Positions 27,598-40,175 of a DNA stretch of 44,053 nt are shown here, in pieces. Position 1 is the stretch's first letter, and the number at the start of each line of letters is the position of its first letter. The position numbers were made by a program, and so were the translations under genes. The notes under the pieces were generated by a model. It was not told the DNA's origin, ran no database searches, and saw nothing but the letters and a program-made list of their open reading frames with translations. Source of the DNA: Hyphochytrium catenoides (Eukaryota; Protista; Hyphochytriomycota); NCBI GenBank assembly GCA_900088475.1, contig FLMG01002065.1:1-44053 (forward strand), written 5' to 3'.

Positions 27598-28605
27598 ATG
27601 GCTGGAGAATGGACCTCGTCACCTACACGGACAGTTGTGATAACCCTGGCATCTTGCGTGCTCGGGTTGGCAATGGGTCTATGGACGGGAAGATTCCTGG
27701 ATGCACAGAGCCCAGCAAGGACTACACGGTGGAGGGGAAGGAAGGCTGAAAGGAGTGCTGATAGATCCACCATCGTTCATCAGGTTGGAGCTAAGATCTG
27801 GAGCAGGCAGATATAGGGCTTAGTTCTCGCTTCGCCTGTGTCGATTGGCAGGGAGAGAAGAAGGATGTCTATGTCGTTGTGCTGACCGGAGGGCCATGTG
27901 GCGGGAAGACTTCATCGTTGGAGGTGATCTGCAAGGACTTTCGAGCACTGGGCTATGATGTCTACGTTGCTCCTGAGGTGATGTGACATGTGAATGCAGC
28001 TAAAAGCGAGTTACATGCTCCACTTTACGTCTCTGCCACTTCCCCTATCTGACTATATGGGCACTTCAACTAACCGTTGTTGTTCTACCTAGGTACCCAC
28101 TGCGCTGATGGTAGGTGGCTGCGTTTATCCTGGCGAAAATGCAGGCGAGACTCTGGAGGAGTTTGAAGCAGCAGTGATGGGACTACAACTTCAAGTAGAA
28201 GAGAGCTTCGTTAGGATTGCGTCCTCTACCAAGCGCCGAAGCATCGTGATATTTGACCGAGGACTGATGGACATGGCCGCCTACATGCCCGCAGCCATGT
28301 GGCAAGGCCTAATGAAGCAGCATGGCTTAAACCAAGAGCGAATTTTACAGCGTTATGACCTTGTCATTCACCTCGTCTCAGCGGCAAATGGGGCTGAGCA
28401 GTTCTATGGAAAGGCGACTAATGCACAAAGAAGCGAGGACCTTGACAATGCGAGAGCTCTCGAGCAGCGAATGCTCGAGTGTTGGGAGAGTCATAAGAAT
28501 CGCGCGGTAATCGACAACCATACGGACTTCAAGGGCAAACTGGGCCGAGTCAAGGACGTGGTGGCGGCCCTGGTGGGTCAGACTCTCGGACCGGAGGCGG
28601 TCTAA
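27598..28605 (+). CDS. NadR/TTD14-like P-loop NTPase (AAA_28) with an N-terminal hydrophobic segment, 3 exons
   Basis: Walker A VVLTGGPCGGKT, VYVAPEVPT, IFDRGLMDMAAY, RYDLVIHLVSAANGAEQFY, W..H...IDNHTDFKGKL. Confidence 0.85.
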
Positions 28606-29960
28606 GCATCGGAGATTTAGATTAGAGCATAATAAACTCTTAACCTTGTTCTTAAGAATCCTCCTCGAGTGCATTCGGCAAGGCTGAACAGCTTCCCAAT
28701 CCCATGGACCCCATAGTGATGACACTGCGTGGATCACGAAACCACAGGAGTGTACGGTGTGGCCACGCAGTCTGTTGTTCAGTACGTGGGTAGTTGGCAT
28801 AGATATATTCACCGGATGTGAGAGTCTCCCCGGTCACCATGGGCAGAAGTACAACTGTGAAGTTTATTACGAGGATATGTACCACAGAGTACACAGATTT
28901 TGCTGGTACTTTGTAGTAGGTCAGGCACAGACCAACCATCACAACTCACTATGGCACGGTCATGAAGAAGGGAGCGGTACAGGTACTCTCGCAGCAATAA
29001 AATGGGGCTTAAAGACGAGTCTCTATACGTGGCTGTGGCGCTTTCAGCTCACAAAACAATCCAACAAGGCCCGAATGGCCTGACTTTACAGCGCTGCGTC
29101 CATTACCTTTTGGTAACAGAGAGCTTCAGTGACGGAGTGCAGAAAAGCCGTGCGACTTCATAGTATCGATCTCCCAGCGCGGAGTCCAAACTTCCCATAA
29201 GTTCCCATAGAACCAAGCGCACGCTTTTAACGCATATCGTGCACAAATCTCAGAGAAAATCTATGGTGGGCTGGGAGTATGCGGCAAAGGGCCATCCACC
29301 TTCTTGGAGAAAAGGGACTACTACTCACTAGAACTAATAGGTAGAGACTCAAATCCGCAGAACTGCGATCTCTGTAGAACGGCGATCTCTCAGACAGAGA
29401 TCGCATCATTGCCCCATCTTCGCAGCGGGCGAACTCTTGAGATCTTTGTACAGAACATCCATATCCCAATCAGCAGCGACCCACCCATCAAAAGCCACCC
29501 ACCCACCCTCCGCCAATTTAGAACTTTACGATTCTGGGTATGCGGTTGGCTATACTAATCAATTGTGGAGTTCGATTCGGGTAGTGAACGTAACTTTACG
29601 GACTTCTTACAATTTGAGGTGCATGATGTTTGGCGCCTGGTTGGAGGTCTGTCCGTCAGTGAGACAGAGATTCGCATCGTCTCTACACTTTGGTCGCCCA
29701 CCTCAGAAGCAGTACGCGGTCTACATGGAACGCCTCAGCCTCTCGTGCCCGCTGTCAATACTATCCTGGAAGGCTCAACATCTGAAAGCGTTTATCATAA
29801 TTCACTAGAGGACATATCTCTCTCTGGGAAGCGATGTTCTTATTAGTCTTGCCCTAGGAACGAGTGGAAGCTGGAGAGCATGCCTATCGCAAGGCACAGG
29901 CACCTGAATAGTAGTTGCCAGAGACAACGTACAAAACATTAAAAACGATCTTAGCGCCTC

Positions 29961-31158
29961 ATGGCAACCACTATGCTTGCAAAGGGAGTGCCGCTCCTTC
30001 GTCCCCTCCGGCACCCGAGTCCTCGGCTTCTTCCGACGCGGATAGCCAGTCATAGGGCCAGGGAATTAGTTACAGGGACTGTGCACCTGGGCCGCGCAGT
30101 TTTCGCCAGGTCGGCACCTAGGCCTAATGTGCTTAACGGACATAGAGACTTGGCCTTTTTTAAAAGAGGTAGAACGCAGCAGCCCACTCTGCATCGGCGG
30201 CTTGCTACCGAGGAGCCAGGAAAAAAGCCGGATGATTTTAGAGGTAAGAGGACCACACTCGTCTGCCAAGTGATTGTTTATCATCCTCACACTTTTACCC
30301 CCAAACAGCTTTAATTGACCGGTGGACGCTGAACCCTGATGGCACCCTAAAGGTACATGTACTGTCTATCTCATATATATCTCTGGCTCATGATATCCAG
30401 AGTCGCTTTGAGACATAGCCGTCTCTTTAACATGGGCTCCATCCAATGAAATCGACTCAATGCGTCGTTTCTGTCAAAGTATCTATCAGTCCAGGGAAAG
30501 TCTGCTATCTGGAACGAGCTCTACATTTCGCTCTTCTATCGAGAGTGTATACCTTCACTGTTGAGCGTGAAGCATTAGGTGTTTATTTAACACTTGCCTA
30601 TCAATACAGAAAAATGTTCCCGGGAGACTTCGTGGTCTGTGGAAGAAGTATGGAATGATTGCAGTTGGAACCTACTTTGGCGTCTATGTAGTGACACTTA
30701 GCACTATCTATGCCGGGATAGAAGCCTATGCTTGGTCCATCCGACACAACATAATGAAGCAGCAAGGCATCAAGAACAAAGAGTAAGTTGCCAGGAATAA
30801 CGAACCAACTGGACCTACAGTATACGCCATCCCTTTAACCTTTCAACCGCAGGGAGATAAACAAGCTCATAGTGGAGAAGATGGGCTTACAGTCTTTTCC
30901 TGCGGCTGAGACTCTCGTTTCAAGTAAGTGATCCTTGTCTTGTGATAGTGATGGGTTTACCACTTTTACCAGTTGATAGCCGAAGTTCTCCCTTTACACC
31001 TTCCAGCTTTATTGACTCTAATACCTGGACTCATAGATTGGGGAACAATAGCAATCGCCTGGATTGCTACGAAGTTTACCGAACCGATTCGTCTTGCTGT
31101 CACTCTTGCCATCACCCCATCAGTTGCTCGTTTACTGGGCCGACGACTACTGAAGTAG
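29961..31158 (+). CDS. DUF1279/FAM210 family protein, probably mitochondrial, multi-exon
   Basis: Arg-rich presequence-like N-terminus, then LRGLWKKYGMIAVGTYFGVYVVTL and WGTIAIAWIATKFTEPIRLAVTLAITPSVARLL. Confidence 0.88.
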
Positions 31159-31408
31159 CTGAGTGCCATTCAGAAATCTAAATGAGGGCCATACCTCAGG
31201 AACGGATTAGAGTTAGATCGGGAGGAAGAGCTAGCAGTAGGGTGTGCTATTTATGTAAGCTATCTGTTGTTTGCTTTGCTTGTAGGGCGAAAGCTCAGTC
31301 TTCCTCCCTTAGAACGACAGCTACAAATGACATCGACCGAAGGAAACAGCTAAAAAGCCCACTCTTCTAAAGAGGAACCATTCGTACTCGATCTTTTTCT
31401 AAGTGGCT

Positions 31409-33969
31409 TTACAAAGTCGGTTCTGCATCTGGAGGCGTCATCATAAGCACGGGCGATACAATGGTGTTCTCTATCAGCAGCCCAGTTGCTAGTGCTGCGA
31501 CAATTCCCACCTAGCCAGTTTTGTATGTGAGACGCTATTATGTGATAGAAGGAAGTAAGAGAAATCTAGAGGATAACCCTGCAATAGCAATCTAACAGGG
31601 TAACAGAACGTAGGGATATCAGTCGCAACACGCTACATCGATTGGGCAGAGCGAAAGCATAAAATGGTGCCTGTGTGACATGGAGATGAAGAAAGGCGAG
31701 TGCCCTGCTGTTGATGATAGTATGTGTCCCCGTACTTACCGCAAAGGAGACATTCATGACGTAGGCGGCCTGCCTCTTCTTGGGAGGATCGCAAAGGGAG
31801 AAGCAGACTTGATACTGCGCAGTGCTGAGGTAACCGCAGCCGAACGAGAAACAACTCACGACGACACAAAGAATGAGGTCTCCATGGGGCAAAGGGTGTT
31901 GAGGAAAGGTGTAGATAAAGAAAAGAGGTAAATAGACCATAAGCCGGAGAGCAGACCATAGGAGCAATCGGCTGGGTTTCCGAAAGAGCGGCAGACACAC
32001 TGCAGATAACGGAGGTGTAAGTTTTGCGAAGCTAACCGACGGAGATGAAAGACAAATGGAGAGACGTTCGGATAGGAGCGAAAATAAGACCCGGCAGAGA
32101 ACATAAGAGAGAGCTGACCTGTGAATGGCCTAGACACCATATCGGCGAAGGCTCTTATGTAGAACAAGTAGAGCGGAAGCGCTGAGTTTTTATCGGTGGA
32201 CTCCACGAAGGCGAAGAACTGAAAGATTGTTATTGAGCCCCACACTGTGATGAGGAGGGCCAGTCCGCAGAAGAGCACTTCGGCCGGGATACCATCCACA
32301 TCACCTCCTGCTACTCTCTGCCTATCATCCTCAGTAGCAGTGACATTAGCGATTCTCTCTCGTTGAGGCAGAGTCTTAGAGTATTCAATCATGGGGCTCC
32401 CCAGCTCAGCAAGAAAGAATAGCTTGTCTGCTCCTATTCTTTGCGTGGATAACTGCAAAACTCGACAGTGTCAGGCAAGAACATAGAAGGTGAAACTACT
32501 TTCAGCCAAACAAGAATGCACCATAGGTATAGAAGTAGAGTTCTACGTAGACTCTACAAAAAAAGTTGTCCATCAACGTTAAGGCAATCAAAAGTCGTGG
32601 CTGTGTAGGAAAGACTGGATAGGGATCAGAAGATTACCCAGCGATTGGACGAGGAGAGCTAGCGAAAGCTGCAACTCACTTTATAGAGTGCACACTTCTG
32701 GTCTATCCAGTAGTAAGCCACGATACCCAGTAGGACCAATACAGCAACCGAAGTATAAAACTGCGTAAGCTGCTCCTTAGAGGCATGCCAGGCGTGCTGG
32801 GAGTACCCAGACAGCAAAGCAATAACCAGAAGAAAGAGGGCTGAGGCCTGGTAACCCATTGCATACATGGCGGTGCAGCGAGCGTCTCCCATCTCTGACA
32901 TAATCTGATAGAAGACACCGTCTTGATGTGAAGGAGAAGATAGAAGTCAAAGTATGGCCGTGGTAGAATCCAAGAGGGTCAAATGAAGAACAGAGAATAG
33001 AGAAAGAACACAGACCAAGAGGGAACCTTGATTGGCGACTGAGCAGTGCAGGATGAGCAAGGATGCGAATGAGAGTGCACAGAGATCACACCAGGGAGAG
33101 TCGTTTGAGTTAACTGCAAAGGATAGAAAGACCCACAGACAAGCCGTCCAGCTGTAAGCTAAAGCCTATGCAGCTAAGATAGTTCGGCAAGCTAGAAAGC
33201 ACCTACAAGCTTCTCCTGACAGGATTCCCACTAGTCCACTCAATCCCAGAAGCGACATTTTCCCAGCCGCTTGAGGCATGAAGAGTAACAGTGCCGCCAT
33301 GCCTAGGAGATAAACAAGGCTCAATATAGCTCTCCTTCTAGCTTCAGTTATCTTAAGAATCTCCAACTCTCTCTTGCCATCGAAGCAAACCCCGGCTGCT
33401 GGTCTCTTTTGGTCTCTTTTAGGGTTAATGGAGCGGCAGCCATCCACTTACCAACGAAGACAGTGACTATCCTGACTCTGTACAGGGAGATAGAGCTGGT
33501 GCCGCCATCGAATAATTGATCAAATTGAGCCTGTCAATCGTCAGGCACATGGTAACCACATGTGCAGTGGGGATACCGTGAGTTAGGAAAAATGTCAAAC
33601 TAAGTGGCGATGAGTGAAGAGCAATCATTGTAAGAGAGTCCCACGAAGAAGCGACGAGCGAAGAAGGTCAGATTGAACATCCATAAAGAAAGAGCTGAAA
33701 GTACCTACATGTAGCAAAAAGATTGGGATGGCAGGTACATAGAGACACAGGTTTACGTAGACAAAGATCTCTGGGCCATAGAGGTCGGAGTAGTACACCA
33801 GTCCACTTTGTATAGCAGTGAAGGGCAACGAGGAAGCCAACCCCACGACGATGAAGGCAACTAAGTCGGTGAAGCTGAGGCCAGCCAGATGAGGCAGTAT
33901 CTTGTCCTTTGTCTTCTCTACTCCGGACAAGTCGGTTGTCCCATCGGAGACAATAGGGCCGAACCTCAT
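31409..33969 (-). CDS. Equilibrative nucleoside transporter (ENT/SLC29 family), multi-exon
   Basis: TM1 motif AFIVVGLASSLPFTAI, AMGYQASA, LFYIRAFADMVSRP and FGCGYLST, with about 11 hydrophobic segments. Stop TAA at 31409-31411. Confidence 0.85.
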
Positions 33970-35694
33970 TCTATGATTACCTCACTAATGTGACGAGACG
34001 CCTCTACCTCAGCCGTTGAGTTTCGATCTTCCTATGTGGATGCGAATTCTAACAACTAGCGCCGCGCCGCGGGCAACCAGTATCGCAAGAGTATGGTGCA
34101 TGCCCACATCTCTCAGCCATTATGTGCTCGAAGGCGCCACAGAGCGCTAACCAGAGGCAGATAGACGAGATATCCCAGCACCGCAGAAATTGGAGGGGAA
34201 CGAGCACCTCCTGACGTATTGGAAGCTGTGCACTACCCAGAGGTGGGTGAAGACCCAGCACAGATAGGAGCAGTCTTTGTTCAGACAGGCAATAAGCGAG
34301 CAAACAGGTAGGCCAGAGCTTCGAAGTGGCAGGAGTTCTAGATTCTGGGTGCTTACTGAGTCGCCGAGCGGCGCGCAGGGAGCCAAGACGGTGGACAACG
34401 CAATGATGTCTCAGATCTGTTCCTCTGTTCTCCCTCTGCAGCTTCAACCATCAAGCATGCTAACGCCAAGCGGAAGCCTTCAAAGCGGAAACAATTTTAC
34501 CTTTCTTTGAGATAGAACAAGCAGAAATCTATTGTTTTGGCGTGCAACAAACATATTGAAGCTTTCAACCTTTTGATGTGACCTTTCTCTCTTGGCTTCC
34601 TGAAGCCAGGAGCCAATGGCCCGAAGTCTTGACTTCCAAGAAGCAAGCGCGCCGCCTGGGCTCGCAGATCATCAGAATCTATTGAAGAGTCTTAGCCTGT
34701 CTTATGGCAGATGCATGGTCTTCCCGTCTTCCCGTCTTCGGTCCTCCGCTTCCTGTCTTTCTCTTGGGGTGCATTCTGTCACCTGTGTAAGGGCAGCTCT
34801 TAAGGCTGGAGTAGAGGGACTGGAGCTTTGTTGGGGTGCAGTGTGACAGATTTAGAACTTCGCTTGTCATGGTTATGGCGCTTGACTGGTGCTAGGGAAG
34901 CAAGACTGTGCAGAGTTCAAGCAGAAGAAGTAGGCAGTAGAGTAGGGTACAGAAGTATCCGCGTCTCACTAGACTTCTTACTCTCCTGTACGTGAATGGC
35001 AATAGGTCACTTTGAAGAGCGCCAAGCCACGTAGCACCCAACAAGGTGTGGCGCCCATTCCGGCTGAGTGGAAAATAAGACAAACAGCGAGATAAGGCTC
35101 TGATAGGTCAGTAAGCCTGTAAAAAGACCTACATCCTAGCTAATAAACCAAGCAGCAAATTCTGACAGGCAGCTCCTGTTATAGAGCCGCAGCCAAAACA
35201 AGCTTCCACGTAGAGAAGAGTTATGGAAGGTTCTGTAATGATGAGGTGACACGGGCTTTTCAAGCTTTCAATGACTGGCTGAAGCAAGTCTGGTGGATGG
35301 TTGTAGGCAATGGTGAAGAGCCCTTCCTTGTCCGCAGCTGATTTGGTATAGATTGGCATATAGGAACAAACTGGCCTCATTTCGCTCTGCGCCAAGAGGC
35401 TGGGCAAAAATCCATGACGTACATAGGTCCTCGTCCCAGCCACCACTGTCAGAAGGATCAGAACGGATAAGGAATGGACCCTTCGAGACCGCTTCAGGAA
35501 CTTTCAGGAGCTTGTGGCCTTTGATCAGACAGAGAGAGAGAGATGGAAGGCATTCGACGAGTGACAATACTATCATAAGCTTTTACTGTTCTCTCTACAA
35601 CGAGCAAGCGGATTAGAAGGAGCCGAGACAACGAAGATTCAGCGATAAATTGAAGATAAAGAAAGACGATTCTCTGATCGGTCCATATCGTACG

Positions 35695-38600
35695 CTACTC
35701 TTCTCCTTGCTCCACCAGGATCTGCAGCCCACCGTCTGCCGTTCGACGTGCACACATCGCTCCACCAAACACTGGCTCACATGGCTTGTCGTAGAACTCA
35801 CGCTCCTTGGGTGTACAGAGTGTCTTGTACGCCTCTTTCACCTTCCAAAGCTTCTTCGCATCCTCCTCCCAATAGTGCGGTTCGGTCCTAGAATATTGAC
35901 GACGATGAGGAGTTAGGAAAAGCGATAAGCAAACTGACTCCCAGGCGAGAACAGAGGTTTTCGGGAGTTTATGTGCAGACAGAGACGTATCAAGCATGAG
36001 CGTGCAAGACAAAGTGACAGCAAATGTCAGAGCTAGTGTTAACAATAGAGAGAGTCTGAGGGCAAGGTACTCTCTCAAAGCAAGAAGTAGTTATTGGCCG
36101 ACACAAAGAGAGCACCGCGGACAGTTAGGCTCCTGCATTGCTCATATCTTGATCTCACCTATTGGCCGGAGGTGCGTAGGGGAACACAATGCCTCCATAT
36201 TGTGGCGCCAACTTGCGATACGCAATTTCTGCTTCTGCATCGCTGGAGTCCTTCAAGATCCCCAGCGCGCGGTAGTGATCTGTCTTCCCTTTCCACCTCT
36301 TTCTCTCATGATTGGCGAGCTCTTTGTCTATAAAATCCAGCATCATAGGAACGCAGTCATCTGGGGGAGGCATCAGACGGGAACAGATCTTCTTAGCTCC
36401 CTCGAGTGTGCAGTTTGTCCCGATTCCTTCCTCCAGGGGGCGGCAGTAATCATCTCCCTCAGGCCTCTGGTACTTGATCTCAAAGGTAATACCGTTCTGG
36501 GTCAGACTTCCTTTGGCAAGGAGCTCTCTGGATCGCAGTCGAGTGCAATTAAGGACGAGACTTTCATTGCAGACGTGTGCAATCAGCTCTTTATGCAGCG
36601 GGGAGTGCATGATCTCCTTCAAATAGTGCTTCTGGGCAAAGTCATATACAGCATCAACAGGCTCTTCTCCTTCTAGGACCTGCAAATCAGCCACAAGCTT
36701 CGTCTTCCATAACGCTGCGTCAATGGCGGCATCTGGTGTGATCCAGCCCTCAAGGCCTAGAAGAACCCATAGAACGAGGAACGATCCTAGGAACGCCGTA
36801 AAGTAGCTCTTGCAGAGGATGGAGAGTACAGGCAATGCTTTGGGCTCAAAGGCTTCATGGTAATCGTTCATCGCCATGTCTTCCATAGTTTCAGATGCCG
36901 AGCTTGTTCCCTGCAACTCCTCCTTCAGCGTGTTCTGATTCAATTGCACGGCAAAGCCATTCACTGGCTCCTGAGTGCCTTCTTCCGCAAGCCCAGACTG
37001 CATCACTGCAGCTTTCTTGGCCGCTGTGGATCTTCTTTTCTTCTTCCTTCTTGCCTTCGACTTTGAAGTAGGGCCATCATCCTGCTCTACCTTCTCACCT
37101 GCTGGCATAGACTCACTCTCGGACGGTGGCTTTGACAAAAAGTGCTCCCCAGGCTCTAGTTCTCTAGCCATGTCATTAAAAAGTGGCGCTTCAGATCTTT
37201 TGTTATTTTCCTCTGGAGTGTCTGCAACAGCAAGGGAACTATGCGGCATTGAGTTGCCATCCTCATTAGGGCCCAAATCAGATGAGGCGGCCTGTTCCTC
37301 TTCAAGCTTGTCACTCAATTCAAGAATGAAAGAAGGGATGGTATGACCGTAGTACTTCTCTCTCTGTAGTGCTCTGTCTCTGACACCATAGAACCGGTGT
37401 AACGCGTAGGCCATGAACAGCAGGAATGGGAGAAGATGCAGTGCCAGTCCTAGCCAGACAGCGCTTTCGAAGTATGGGGAGTGCGTATAAGGATGCGTTG
37501 ACGTGTCGTTGTTCAGCTGCGGAGCAATGTACTTCTCATAACCCGGCCAGTTTGTAAACCAGCGTGAGGATGGAGATAGGAAGCGCCATCCTGCCTTATT
37601 GGTGCTGCACGTGTATGGATGTTCCTTCGACACCTCAAACGAGTAAACGATCGGATCCGGTCGATTACACAGGCCCAGCTACACAGGTCACGGCGAAGAA
37701 GCAAAAACGAAGGGTAGAACATGGTTAGAAGGGTCACTCTTCTGTCTGGTACAACTGTCTGGTACAAAGCATGAAGCCACTTTTCAAGGATAGAAGTGTG
37801 AAGAGTGTGTATTCGAAATCGCTAAAGGTGGTGTGCCTGTAGATGAGTCGAGGGAGAGACAGCTGAAGTCACCGCACCTGCTTTCTGCACACGTTAACGA
37901 GGATGTTCTTTCTCATATCCAGGGTAAGGTTTAGATCCTGGGCAAAGCGGTAGATAACATCCGCGGGCTCCTCATCCTCCCAGACAAGCAACGGAGGGAG
38001 TTTCCGGCCGTCTTCTAACACCAGAGAAGAGTTTACGGCAAGGCCTCGACCCCTCATGCAGGGCAAATAACGACAGACATGATTCATGATTGGAGTCCGG
38101 TCCCAGCCTTTCTTCACCAAGCCGTGATTTAGGAAGAACTTGAGGATTGCGTCTACTGGTTCCTCGTCTGGGGTGAAATGAACATTAGGTGGGGAGATGA
38201 TCGATCTTTTGCGGTCTCTTTTTCCCTCTTCAAGCGATATATTTTGTTCACCTTCTTCACCCTCTCCCAAGTTGAGACCTTTCTTAGGGATTTGAAGTCC
38301 TACCTTGCAAGATGGTAAGGACGCCAATGCGCTCACTCTCGGGAGAAGAGATTGGCAAGGTAAAGACTATGGGACTCGTTCGGGAGCAGGGAATTTCAGC
38401 ACATACTGACTCCAGTGCACGATGGAATTGCTCTCGTGACACTCCTCTTTCTTGGCAAAAATGGTAGACGACATCAGCAGGCTCCTGGCCCTCATAGATT
38501 TCCAGCACGCCACCTGGAAAGTGGAGATTGATTGGCCGTTAGTCTAGGTTCCAACTACCTCTTTCAACAGTAAAGTGTCCTTATTACAGGGAAGAGAGTG

Positions 38601-40175
38601 CTACCTTCGTAATATATAGGTGGCAGACCCTGATAGCACAAACACACCAGAGAAGCAGTATGCACTGGCGAGAGCAGTAGGGTCTTGGAAGGACCAGGGA
38701 GGGCGAAGCGACAAAGTTCCATCGCAGGTAACAATCAAAACGTAGACAAGTTCGACCTTACCAATAATCTCCTTGTTGAGACCCCGTTCTTCAAGGACAA
38801 TTTCTTTCTTGTAGATTCTTGCCTCCGCCCTTTGACACTTCACGTGGTGACAAGCGTCTCTGAGTATTGCGTTCTTATATGCCCAATCTAGCCCATGCTT
38901 CGCTACGAACTGATATATCACGTCTGCCGGCTCCTGTCCTTCATAGATGGATACGGTACCCACTCGAACTCCATCCTCCCTTGCCACAGGCTTGCTATAG
39001 AGTAGTGGTTCGGTTCTAGTACAAGGGACTACGCCGCTTGCGCAGACGGAGTTCAAGATAGCGTGCCGATAGGAGACCGGCAATCCATGGTGCATGACGA
39101 ATCTGGAAAATAAGGGAATATAGTTAGACTATGTAACGAGTTAAAAATTACAGTCCAGGACTGATGAACTGCACAGCCACAGAGAGGGAAAACGCCACAG
39201 TGCGGATAGTTATGAGGTAGAAGGAAGGTTAAGATCACCGAATAGTACCAACCGATGTGCCACGTCCACAGGCTCGTCCCCCTCAAGAATACTTAGCGTC
39301 CCAACCGCCTTTCCTTCTTCGGAAGAAACTGGTTTTTTATAAACGACAGGAACCAACCGCGAGCACTTGTAAGGCAAAGCTCCACACACGTTTCTGATCA
39401 GCACATCTCTAAGCTCTCTATCCATGCCTCTTTGGGTGGCAAACTCGTGCACGGCATCCGCTGGTTCTTGGCTTTCAAAAACTTCGAGGAGCCCGAACAC
39501 CTTTCCGTCTCCTCTGATGGTGTTACGATAGATGATGGCATCCGTTCTGCTGCACTCCAAGCTTTGACAGCAGTCATCCATTATGGCGTTCCGGTACTCG
39601 ATGCCCAGGTTGTGTTGCTGACAGAACTTGTATACAACGTCCACAGGTTCCTGGCCTTCATAGATTTCAATAGTGCCAAGAAGGTTGTTGTTCTGCCGGG
39701 AGGAGGGGTAGGAAGCGAAGGGGTTAGGGTATATACAAAGTTCCGGAAGGTATGACAAAGAATTCTTCAGATGGACTTGATAGCGGTAATGATCACACAA
39801 TCAGTCCTAAGTCATAGAGACGCAAAAAGGTCTAAAAGGTTTATCAAAAGCAACCTGATCCGCAACAGGCTTCCGGTATAGCACTGCCGACTCTCTGGTG
39901 CAGCGAAGCTTGGTGCATGCGTCCTGAAGAATTGCAGTTTTTACATTGTTGCCCAGCTTGTGTTGGTTGATGAACGAGTAGGCGGCGTCTGCTGGTTCTT
40001 GCCCTTCAAATATCTGAATGTCTCCAAAATTCAGGCCATCAATGACAACTGGACGTGAATATACAAGCTGTGGCTTCTGAGCAGTTGCTGATCGAAAGGC
40101 CAAGTTGGCGAAGAGCATACAAAGAGAGAAGATCATGATGATGGTGGACCCTGTCAAGTGTCTTCTGGAGACCAT
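35695..40175 (-). CDS. Signal-peptide/two-TM protein with nine ~70-aa 'EGQEPAD' repeats and a C-terminal atypical J-domain, 7 exons
   Basis: Hydrophobic N-terminus (MIFSLCMLFANLAFRSATA) and repeats of consensus GxLxIYEGQEPADVVYxF...ILxxxC...CxR. Two TM helices. J-like DHYRALGILKDSSDAEAEIAYRKLA...VKEAYKTLCTPKEREFYD. All six introns are GT-AG with compatible phases. The start could be 40175 or 40136. Confidence 0.85.

Noticed and set aside
32920-33215. Apparent non-canonical GA donor in the ENT gene
   Set aside because: A canonical GCT T|gtaggt donor restores SGEAYGVFYQ.
35996-37346. Long plus-strand ORFs (226 aa, 123 aa)
   Set aside because: They are antisense shadows of the large exon of the repeat/J-like gene.
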